Positions 7,380 through 15,900 of a stretch of DNA of 16,397 nucleotides are shown one piece after another. The notes beneath the pieces were generated by a model. The model was not told the origin of the DNA. It did no database searches and saw only the letters and a program-made list of their open reading frames with translations. Numbering within the stretch: position 1 is the stretch's first letter; each line of letters starts with the position of its first letter. The DNA lies in the NCBI GenBank assembly GCA_046581755.1, contig JAYGFR010000373.1:1-16397 (forward strand). The letters run 5' to 3'. Origin of the DNA: Nitrospinota bacterium. Its GTDB lineage: Bacteria; UBA8248. A program made the position numbers and the translations under genes.

Positions 7380-8665
7380 TATCCCGCCCCCCCTTCGGAG
7401 CCGCCCTCCTCCGGTGGAGGCTTGACGACCCGGTACTGGGTAATCGGCGTCCCCGGCCGCCAGCCGTGCAGCCGCCCCGTTCGGTGGACGTGGCTCACCT
7501 GCATCCGCGTGAGATGGCCCCCGCGCCGGACAAAGAAAGACCCAAGGCTCTCCTCGCCCTCCAGCGTCACCGCGTTGGCCACCAGCCTCCCGCCCGGTTT
7601 CAGCCGCGACCAGCAGATCTCCAGCAGTTCCTCGCTCCGCAGTCCTCCGCCGATGAACACCGCATCGGGCGCGGGCAAATCCGCCAGGCACCCCGGGGCT
7701 TCTCCCTGGACGACCCGAAGGACGGGGACGCCGAGGGCGTCCATGTTGGCCCGGATATTTTCTAGGCGCGATGCCGATTTTTCGATGGCCACCGCCCTCA
7801 GGGAGGGATCGGTGCGAAGCCACTCGATCGAGACGGAACCCGATCCGGCGCCCACGTCCCAGAGCAGATCGCCCGGCTTCGGCATCAGGGCGGCGAGGGT
7901 CAGGATGCGGATCTCGCGTTTCGTGATCTGGCCGTCGTGGCGGAAGCGGGTCTCCTCCAGGCCGGGGAGGAGATGGTTGTCCGCGCCGCCGCCGCTCGCG
8001 GCGATTTCGACGGCGATCAGGTTCAGATCCTGAATGTTCTCCGGCGCCGGCGCGGCGGCCAGCTCCCGGGCCGTCAGCCCGGTGCGCGTTTCGTTTTCGC
8101 CGCCCAGGTGGGAGAAGACATTCATGCGCGACTCGCCGAACCCTTCCGATTCGAGAAGGGCGGCGATCTTGCCCGGCGAAGTCCGGTCTTCGGTCAGGAT
8201 GACGAGGCGGGCCTTGTCCACCAGGCGGGGCAGGAGGGAGCGGAGCGGCCTGCCGTGCAGGGAGACGATCCCGGTCTCGGCCTGGGACCAGCCCATCCGG
8301 GAGAGCGCCAGGCTGAAAGATGAGGGGGCGGGAAAGACCCGCATCTCGGCGATGGGGATTTTTTCGGCCAAAAGCGCGCCGATGCCGAAGAAGAAAGGAT
8401 CGCCCGAGGCGAGGACGCACACGTTCTTCCCCCGGTAGCCCGGAATCCGATCGATGAGGTCTTGCGGGGGCGAGGTCCAGGGGAGCCTGGGGCGGTTGTC
8501 TTCGGGAAGAAAGGCGAGATGCCGCTCCCCCCCGATGAACATCTCCGCCCCGGCGATGGCCTCTCTCGCTCTCTGGCCGAGACCGTCCAGGCCGTCGTCC
8601 CCGATTCCGACGAGAGTCAGCCAAGGGGACGGGGACGGTCCGGCCCGATTCTCGGGGGGCATCAT
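7379..8665 (-). CDS. cobL: Bifunctional precorrin-6Y C5,15-methyltransferase (decarboxylating) CobL/CbiET
   Basis: CbiE domain: LVGIGDDG, GGERHL, VLASGDPFFFGIG, VSLHGR. CbiT domain: DGQITKREIR, LWDVGAGSGSVSIEW, PDAVFIGGG, GRLVANAVTLE. ATG 8665 overlaps the cobH TGA (ATGA). Confidence 0.95.
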   Translation of the reverse strand: MMPPENRAGPSPSPWLTLVGIGDDGLDGLGQRAREAIAGAEMFIGGERHLAFLPEDNRPRLPWTSPPQDLIDRIPGYRGKNVCVLASGDPFFFGIGALLAEKIPIAEMRVFPAPSSFSLALSRMGWSQAETGIVSLHGRPLRSLLPRLVDKARLVILTEDRTSPGKIAALLESEGFGESRMNVFSHLGGENETRTGLTARELAAAPAPENIQDLNLIAVEIAASGGGADNHLLPGLEETRFRHDGQITKREIRILTLAALMPKPGDLLWDVGAGSGSVSIEWLRTDPSLRAVAIEKSASRLENIRANMDALGVPVLRVVQGEAPGCLADLPAPDAVFIGGGLRSEELLEICWSRLKPGGRLVANAVTLEGEESLGSFFVRRGGHLTRMQVSHVHRTGRLHGWRPGTPITQYRVVKPPPEEGGSEGGAG

Positions 8666-9345
8666 GCGCCGCCTTTTAGCTGGCGCGTGGCCTTTAACTG
8701 GCGAGTGGCCTCGAAGGCGAGGGCGTTCAGCGCCGCCGCCGCGATCGCGCTCCCGCCCTGCCTTCCGGTCAGCGTGATGTAGGGGACCTCCCCGCCTCTG
8801 GCAATGAGTTCCTCCTTCGATTCGGCGGCCCCGACAAACCCGACCGGAAACCCCAGAATCAGCGCGGGAGGCGCGAGGCCCCCGTCCAGCATTTCGAGAA
8901 GGTGAAACAAGGCAGTGGGTGCGTTTCCGATAACGGCGACAGCGCCGGGAAGGTGCTTGGCGGCCAGCTCCATCCCGGCGGCGGAGCGGGTGTTGCCGAT
9001 CTTTCGGGCATGGCCCGTCGCGTCGCCGGCCGAGAGGGCGCAGGTCACGGGATTCGCGGCGGGAAGAAGGCGGCGGATCACCCCTCTTTCGGCCATCTCG
9101 CCATCGCAGACAATTCGCGCGCCGGATCGCAGCGCCTCGATGCCGGCCTCCGCCGCTCCCTCCGAGGCCGCTATCCGGGGCAGGATGTCCACTTTTCCGC
9201 AGGCGTGAATCATCCGCGTGGCGGCGGCGGCCATGGCGGGGCTGTAGCCCGACAGGTCCGCCTCTTCTCGAATGATGGCCAGGGAGCGCTCGAAAATCTC
9301 TTCCGGGCTCCGGCAATAGTCGATCATCGTCCGGATCGCCTTCAT
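8662..9345 (-). CDS. cobH: Precorrin-8X methylmutase CobH/CbiC
   Basis: C-terminal part of ORF 8662..10248 has IFERSLAII, RMIHACG (catalytic His), GNTRSAA, IGNAPTALF, GFPVGFVGAAESK and GGSAIAAAALNAL. Start is ATG 9345 (ATGA overlap with the cbiX stop) or ATG 9327. Confidence 0.95.
   Translation of the reverse strand: MKAIRTMIDYCRSPEEIFERSLAIIREEADLSGYSPAMAAAATRMIHACGKVDILPRIAASEGAAEAGIEALRSGARIVCDGEMAERGVIRRLLPAANPVTCALSAGDATGHARKIGNTRSAAGMELAAKHLPGAVAVIGNAPTALFHLLEMLDGGLAPPALILGFPVGFVGAAESKEELIARGGEVPYITLTGRQGGSAIAAAALNALAFEATRQLKATRQLKGGA
8674..8709 (-). repeat. Imperfect 18-bp tandem duplication encoding ATRQLK-ATRQLK at the CobH C-terminus
   Basis: GCCACTCGCCAGTTAAAG versus GCCACGCGCCAGCTAAAA: 15/18 identical, all three differences synonymous. 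Confidence 0.85.
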
Positions 9346-10373
9346 TCCTTTTTCATGCTGAGCGGCCCCAGCGGGTGATCCGCGTGGGGGTAGGGATGAT
9401 GGTGCCCGCCATCGTGCGTGTGGGCATGGCCGCGCCCCCCGTCGTGCGCGGGGTCTCCGCTTCCACTCCCGGCGGGCGCCTCGGCCGCGCCGGTCCCGAT
9501 GCCCTCTACGTGATGATGGTGGCTTTCCTGAACCAGGCCGACCTGATCCTCGAATCCGAGGAACTGTTCGCGGTACTTGCATAGCTGGCAGTTCATGTTG
9601 TTCTCGCCGTCCAGGATTTCCTGAACGCGGTCGGCGAAACAATCCAGCACCAGAGGGTGATCGTTCAGGTATTCGGCCTTGATGAATTCGATGTCCGGAT
9701 GCCGCGCGGCGACCTCGTCGGTGTGGTCGTAGATGCGCTGCACCAAGATGCCGGTAAATAGGAAATAGGGAAAGACGAGAATCCGCTTGTAGCCGAGCTT
9801 GGCCGCTTGCTCCAGGCCCGGCTGGACGAGGGGGAATGTAACGCCCGAATAGCATACCTCCCCCCACCCGAAGCCCATCCCCTCCCAGAGCATCCGCATC
9901 ACCTTGGAGACGTTCGAGTTGGCGTCCGGGTCCGAGGCGCCCCGCCCGACGACCATCAGGAGGGTTTCGTGCCTGGAAACATCCGGCGCGCTCTTCGCGA
10001 GGGCCGCTTCGATCCGGTCTCCGGCGGCGCGGATCAGCTTCAGGTCGATTCCGAGCTCCCGGCCGTACTCGATCCGGATTCCCTCGTGCCCGGCCTGATA
10101 GCGGTTCAGGACGGAGGGGATGTCGTTCTTCGCGTGGCCCGCCGCGAACAGCATCCCCGGGACGGCGAGGACGCGCTTCACCCCTTTTTGGAGAAGGGCA
10201 TCGAGCCCGTCCCGGATGATCGGGGTGGCGAATTCCAGAAATCCCCACTCCGTCTCCATATGGGGAATCCGCTCCCGCAGCCCCCGGGCGACGGATTGGA
10301 ATTCAACGACGGCCCTCTCGTCCCGGCTGCCGTGGCCGCATACCATCACCCCTAGCTTTTCGTCCATTTTCAT
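9342..10373 (-). CDS. cbiX: Sirohydrochlorin cobaltochelatase CbiX, long form with MxCxxC motif and His-rich tail
   Basis: Motifs VCGHGSRD, GFLEFATP, PGMLFAAGHAKNDIP; second domain VGRGASDPDANS, PYFLFTG; then MNCQLCKYR and a tail with 13 His. The real start may be the second ATG (10367), which lies 7 nt after SD-like AGGTGG. Confidence 0.93.
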   Translation of the reverse strand: MKMDEKLGVMVCGHGSRDERAVVEFQSVARGLRERIPHMETEWGFLEFATPIIRDGLDALLQKGVKRVLAVPGMLFAAGHAKNDIPSVLNRYQAGHEGIRIEYGRELGIDLKLIRAAGDRIEAALAKSAPDVSRHETLLMVVGRGASDPDANSNVSKVMRMLWEGMGFGWGEVCYSGVTFPLVQPGLEQAAKLGYKRILVFPYFLFTGILVQRIYDHTDEVAARHPDIEFIKAEYLNDHPLVLDCFADRVQEILDGENNMNCQLCKYREQFLGFEDQVGLVQESHHHHVEGIGTGAAEAPAGSGSGDPAHDGGRGHAHTHDGGHHHPYPHADHPLGPLSMKKE

Positions 10374-10380
10374 TCCACCT

Positions 10381-10407
10381 ATTTTAAAATCGGCTCACAA
10401 TAATCAA
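10381..10407 (-). promoter_or_regulatory. Candidate internal sigma70-like promoter upstream of cbiX
   Basis: Minus strand TTGATT-N15-TAAAAT in the AT-rich 52-bp cobO-cbiX gap. The spacer is shorter than the optimal 17. Confidence 0.3.
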
Positions 10408-10425
10408 CCGGCCATCCGCCGCACG

Positions 10426-11019
10426 CTAAAATTCCACCCCCTTTTGCGCCTTGATTCCGGCGCGGTAGGGATGCTTCACCATTTTCATCTCGGTCACCAG
10501 GTCGGCCAGTTCGATCAACTCATCCTTGGCCCCCCGCCCGGTGAGCACCACATGGACCATTTCCCGCTTGCCGCGAAGCGCTTCGAGAACCTCTTCGAGA
10601 TCGAGTTGCTTGAGCCGGACGGCCACGTTGATCTCGTCCAGGATCACCATCCCGATGTCCGGGCGGTTCATGAGTTCCTTGGATTTTTCCCACGCCTTCT
10701 TGGCCGCCCGGCGGTCCAGCTCCTGGTCCTGGGTAATCCAGGAAAATCCCTCGCCCATCCGGTGCCATTCGACCGCATCGCCGAACGATTTCATCGCCTC
10801 GACCTCCCCGGAGGCGATGGCCCCCTTCACGAACTGAACGACCCCCGCCCGCAGGCCGTGATGAACCGCGCGGAGAAGCATCCCGAAGGCGGCCGTGCTT
10901 TTTCCTTTTCCAGAGCCCGTGTGGACGATGATCAGGCCTTTTTCCTCGGTGGCGGCGGCTTGGCGTTTTTCGTAGGACTTTTTGATGTGCTCGGCTTTTT
11001 CCTTATATTCATCGCTCAT
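10426..11019 (-). CDS. cobO: Cob(I)yrinic acid a,c-diamide adenosyltransferase (CobO/BtuR family)
   Basis: Motifs GLIIVHTGSGKGKSTAAFG, VVQFVKG, MGEGFSW, VILDEIN, HVVLTGR, ADLVTEM, KHPY and AQKGVEF. SD AGGAG at 11032-11028. Confidence 0.96.
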   Translation of the reverse strand: MSDEYKEKAEHIKKSYEKRQAAATEEKGLIIVHTGSGKGKSTAAFGMLLRAVHHGLRAGVVQFVKGAIASGEVEAMKSFGDAVEWHRMGEGFSWITQDQELDRRAAKKAWEKSKELMNRPDIGMVILDEINVAVRLKQLDLEEVLEALRGKREMVHVVLTGRGAKDELIELADLVTEMKMVKHPYRAGIKAQKGVEF

Positions 11020-11058
11020 GGCGGGTTCTCCTTTTTCGGGTTCCGTTCCGATGCGCCG

Positions 11059-12924
11059 CTAGGCGGCGTCCAGCAATCGCCGGATTCTTCCTGGCCGAAG
11101 CTCCTCGAGCGTCAGGCATGGAACGTTCAGCCTCCTGGCCCACGTTCCCATCATACCGAGGCGAAGGTGCCCTTCCTCGGTATCGACAAATAATAGGTCC
11201 GCTCCGGCCTGGCTCAAATGATGAAGCTCCCGCTCCGCCGACCGAATGGGGTCCAGCCCGCCGATCCCCGCCGTCGGCCGGCCATCGGAGACCAAAACCA
11301 CGGAGGGCAATATTCCCGGATGGCGGCGGCGCGAATGGAGAAGCGCCTCGCCGGCCATGCGGAGGCCCTGGGCGAGAGGGGTTTTTCCGCCGGTGGGAAG
11401 CTCGCGCACGCTTTGCTGCACCCGGCGGACGCTCCGGGTCGGGGGCAGAATCAACCGGGCTTCGGTTCCCTGGAACACGATCAGGCCCACCTCGTCGCGC
11501 TTTTGATAGGCCTCGTCGAGCAGTCCCAATAAAACGCCCTTGGTCAGCTCCATCCGGCGGCGCGCGCCCATGGAACGGCTGGCGTCCAGGACGAAAAGAT
11601 AGAGCCGGCGGAGGGGCGGTTTCCGGACCTTGACCCGGATGTCTCCGGGCTGGATGAAAATTCCTGGCGCATCCGGGTTTTTGCTCCCGCCGCGCAGCAC
11701 CGCCGCGCGAAGGGTGGCGTCCAGCGCGAGGTCCGATGGTTTTCCCTTCGGCATCCGCGCGCGGACATAGGGCCCCAGGCGGGAGCCCGTTTGCTCGAAT
11801 CCGCCGCGTCCGCCGGGGGCGTTTTGGGAGCGGCGCATCCGGGCCTCGGGCTGGGGAATAGGAACCGGACCCTCGGATTGCGGATCGAACCGGCGCAGGC
11901 CGTCCTCTTGCGGGGGGGGCGAATTTTCTAGTTGCTCTTGAGGGCGCTCCTTGGGCCGTTCCTTGGGGTTGGGCGGGGGAGGCGGCGGCGGCTGGGGCGG
12001 ATCGCCCCTTCGGTGCGCCAGGGCAAATTCCTGCACCCGCGCGATGTCTTCCGGCCCGGCCGCCGGGCGGCCCTCCCAGGCGGCCAGCGCCATGGAGCTC
12101 TTTCGGATCACGATGTCGGCGCGGAGGCCTTCGACATTCTCGCGGCAGCAGAGCTCTGAGATCCCCTCCGCGATGGCGTCCGGAATCACGATATCCGGCA
12201 GGCGCTCCCTGGCACGCCGGATTTTTTCGCGAAGGGTGGCGCTTTCGGCGCTCCATTGCCCGGCGAAGGCATCCGGGTCCCTCTCAAAGGCGATGGCCCG
12301 CCGGACGACCTCGCTCCGCATCGCGGGGTCGGCGATGTTTCCGGCCCGGACCGAGAGGCCGAACCGGTCGAGGAGCTGGGGGCGGAGCTCTCCCTCCTCG
12401 GGGTTCATCGTGCCGATGAGAATGAAGCGGGCTGGATGGCGCACGGAGATTCCCTCGCGCTCGACCCGGTTGATCCCGCTCGCGGCCACGTCGAGCAGGA
12501 TGTCCACGAGATGGTCCGGCAGGAGGTTCACCTCGTCCAGGTACAAAATGCCGCCGTTCGCCCGCGCCAGGAGGCCGGGGTCGAGGCGCTTCTCGCCGCG
12601 CCGGACGGCTTTTTCCAGATCGATTGAGCCGAGGACGCGGTCCTCGGTCGCCCCGAGGGGGAGGGATACGAAGGGGGTGGGCATCTCTTCGATTCGGACG
12701 TCCCCGCATTCCCCGCACAAATCGCCGGGCGCGCACGAGAACGCGCAGTTGGCGTTGGCCCGGATCGGCGGGAGGAGCCCGGCCAGCCCCCGCGAGGCGC
12801 TGGATTTTCCCGAGCCCTTGACCCCCGAGATCAGGACGCCGCCGATCCCCGGATTGATTCCGTTCAGGAGGAGGGCGAGCTTCATGTCCTCCTGGCCCAC
12901 GATGGCCGCAAAGGGATAGTGCAT
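11059..12924 (-). CDS. chlD: ChlI/ChlD-family chelatase subunit (AAA+ ATPase, Pro-rich linker, vWA/MIDAS), putative CobN partner
   Basis: True start MHYPFAAIVGQ at ATG 12924 (TGATG overlap with the cobN stop). Walker A GVKGSGKS, LPLGATEDRVLGS, Walker B ILYLDEVN, TMNPEEGELRPQLLDRFG, poly-Pro linker, MIDAS DASRSM, GGKTPL and VSDGR. Confidence 0.92.
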   Translation of the reverse strand: MHYPFAAIVGQEDMKLALLLNGINPGIGGVLISGVKGSGKSSASRGLAGLLPPIRANANCAFSCAPGDLCGECGDVRIEEMPTPFVSLPLGATEDRVLGSIDLEKAVRRGEKRLDPGLLARANGGILYLDEVNLLPDHLVDILLDVAASGINRVEREGISVRHPARFILIGTMNPEEGELRPQLLDRFGLSVRAGNIADPAMRSEVVRRAIAFERDPDAFAGQWSAESATLREKIRRARERLPDIVIPDAIAEGISELCCRENVEGLRADIVIRKSSMALAAWEGRPAAGPEDIARVQEFALAHRRGDPPQPPPPPPPNPKERPKERPQEQLENSPPPQEDGLRRFDPQSEGPVPIPQPEARMRRSQNAPGGRGGFEQTGSRLGPYVRARMPKGKPSDLALDATLRAAVLRGGSKNPDAPGIFIQPGDIRVKVRKPPLRRLYLFVLDASRSMGARRRMELTKGVLLGLLDEAYQKRDEVGLIVFQGTEARLILPPTRSVRRVQQSVRELPTGGKTPLAQGLRMAGEALLHSRRRHPGILPSVVLVSDGRPTAGIGGLDPIRSAERELHHLSQAGADLLFVDTEEGHLRLGMMGTWARRLNVPCLTLEELRPGRIRRLLDAA

Positions 12925-15900
12925 CAGTCCATGACCTCCAGCCCGGCTTCGTTTTCCAGGTAAATTTGTTTGAGCCTGGCGGTGAGTTCCTCGGGAGGCG
13001 ACTCCCAGTAGCCGCGCTCTTGCGCCTCGAGGAGGCGCTCCACCATGCCCCGGAGCGCCCAGGGGTTTTTCTCTTCGAGAAACCGGCGCACCCCCTCGTC
13101 CAGGATATAGGCCTCCGTGACCTGCTCGTACATATAGGAATCGATGACGTGGGCCGTGACATCGTAGCCGAAAAGATAGTCTACCGTCGCCGCCAGCTCG
13201 GAGGCCCCCCGGTAGCCGTGCCGCTGGATCGATTCGATCCACTTGGGGTTCACCACCCGGGAGCGGAACACGCGGACGGCCTCCTCCCGGAGGGAGCGGA
13301 TCTTCACCCGATCGGGCTTGGATGTGTCCCCGAAGTAGGCCTTGGGGTTTTCTCCCGTTATCGAGCGGACGGCGGCGATCATCCCGCCGTGAAACTGGAA
13401 ATAATCGTCGCTGTCGAAAATATCGTGCTCGCGGTTGTCCTGGTTCTGGAGGGCCACGCTCACCCCCGCCAGGCGGCGGCGGAACTCCCCGAAGGCCGGG
13501 ACGCCCGGAGCGCCCCGCCCGTAGGCGTACCCTCCCCAGGAGACGTACACCTCGGCCAAATCCTTGTCGCTCGTCCAGTTCCGCTCGTCGATCAGGTTGA
13601 GGAGGCCCGCCCCGTAGCTCCCCGGCTTGCTCCCGAATATCCGGAAGGCGGCGCTCTCGGGGTCCCGGCCGCCCTGGATATCGGCCCGGATATTGGCGCG
13701 GACGAAATTTTTCCCGGCGGGCTCGTCCAGCTCGGCCACTGTCCGCACGGCTTCGTCCAGAAGCTCGACCACGTTCGGAAAGGCGTCCCGGAAAAATCCG
13801 CTGATGCGGATGAGCACGTCGATCCGCGGCCGCCCGAGCTCCTCAAGCGGGATGACCTCGAGGCCGATGACGCGCCGGCTGATCCCCTGCCAGACCGGGC
13901 GCATCCCGAGCAGATGAAGGATCTCGCCGATATCGTCCCCGCCCGTCCGCATGTTGGAGGTTCCCCACACGACTATCCCGATGGAGCGCGGATAGTCTCC
14001 GGTTTCCTTCAAATAGCGCTCCAGCACCCCTTCGGCGGCGCGCCGGCCCACCTCGCAGGCCGTCTGCGAGGGGATGGCCCTGATGTCCACCGAGTAGAAA
14101 TTCCGCCCGGTGGGCAGGATATTCGCCATCCCCCTTGTCGGCGCGCCGCTGGGCCCCGCCGGAACGAACCGGCCTTCCAGGGCGGTGAGGATATTCGAAA
14201 TCTCCTCGGGCATGTGAGCGAGGCGCGGGCGGATGTCTTCGTTCAAAAAGGCCAGCGTCCGGGCGGATTCCGGCCCCGCCGCGCGGTTCTCGCGCACCGC
14301 CTCGCGGGCCCGGATTTCGAGAACCTCGATGAGATCTCCCGCCGTCCGGCAGTGGGGATACTCGACGGTTTGCGCCGGATCGGCGGCCAGCGTGTCATGG
14401 TCGAGCCCCAGGTCGTCCGCGATGGCGGCCGGAAGCCCCCGGACGCCGGACTGATCCAACCGCACGAGGGAGACGAGGAGATCGATCAGGCGGTCTCCCT
14501 CGGCAAGGACGCCCAGGATGTGCAGGCCGTCCCGGATTTGGGACTCCTTGATCTCGCACAGATATCCGTCGAAGTCCTCGATGAAGCGCTCGACCTCGTT
14601 CTCGGCGGGCGGGCGCTCGTAGGCGAGGTCCCGGTAAATTTTACTTTCCTCCAACAGGGCGATGAGCTTCGCGGAAATGAGCGGGCATTTCGAGGGGTCG
14701 AGGGTCGATGCCTCGGCGTATTCGTCCGCCAGGTGTTCGAGCTTGATCAGATCCCCGTAGGATTCCGCGCGCGTCATCGGGGGGATCATGTGATCGACGA
14801 TGACGGCGTGGGAGCGGCGCTTGGCCTGGGTGCCCTCGCCGGGATTGTTGATGATGTAGGGGTAGATGTTGGGAATCGAGCCGAGGACGATTTCGGGGTA
14901 GCAGGTTTCGCTGAGACCGATCCCCTTGCCGGGAAGCCATTCGAGATTGCCGTGCTTGCCCACGTGGATGACGGCGTGGGCCCCGAAGGTTTGGGCGATC
15001 CATTGGTAATACCCCAGATAGAAATGCGTGGGGGGAAGATCGGGGCTGTGGTAGATGGCGCCCGAATCCACCCCGAAGCCGCGCGAGGGCTGGATGCCGA
15101 TGAAGACGTTTCCGAGACGGAGGCCCGGAATGGCCATTCCGTCCGGGGCCATCATGTAGGTTCCGGGCGGGCTGCCCCATTGCTCGATCATCTCCTCCCG
15201 GCGGGAGGGGGGAACGCGGCCGAACCTTTGGACGTATTCCGCCGGGTCCAGCTTGCAGGGAGTTCGTTCGAGATTTTCGGGCGTCTGGAACTCATCGTCA
15301 TGGGTGCATCCGGCCAAAAGGGTGTGAATCAGATCGTCCCCGTTCTCGGGGATGGGGCCGGTATCGTAGCCCGCCGCCTCCAGGGCCCGCAGAAGGCGGA
15401 TCACGCTCTCGGGGGTGTCCAGGCCCACCCCGTTGCCCACGCGGGCGTTCCGCGTGGGGTAGTTGTTGAAAAGGATGGCCACCCGTTTTTCGCCGTTGGG
15501 GGTGCGGCGAAGGACGCTCCAAGATTTGGCGAGCCGGGCGACCTTCGCCACCCGGCCGGGGAGGGGGATGTTCCGCCGAAGCTCCGCGCCGAGGGGCTCA
15601 TTCCGCGTCCCTTCGTCCTTGAAGGAGATCGGAACCGAGATGATCCGCCCGTCGAATTCCGGCAAGGCGACGTGCATGGCGACATCGCGGGGGCTCAGCC
15701 CCGCCGCCGACCCGCTCCATTCGGCGCGGGTGGAGCCGCTCATGACGGCCTGGATCACCGGGCAGTCCAGCCCGTGGGGAGAGCTGAAGGCGAGGGTGGA
15801 GATCAGAACGTCCGCGTCCATCAAGTATTCGCGGATGGCCAGGGGAATTCCGTCCTCGTCCGCCTCCTTGAGGGATTCGCAGAACACCGCCCGTGCGCGG

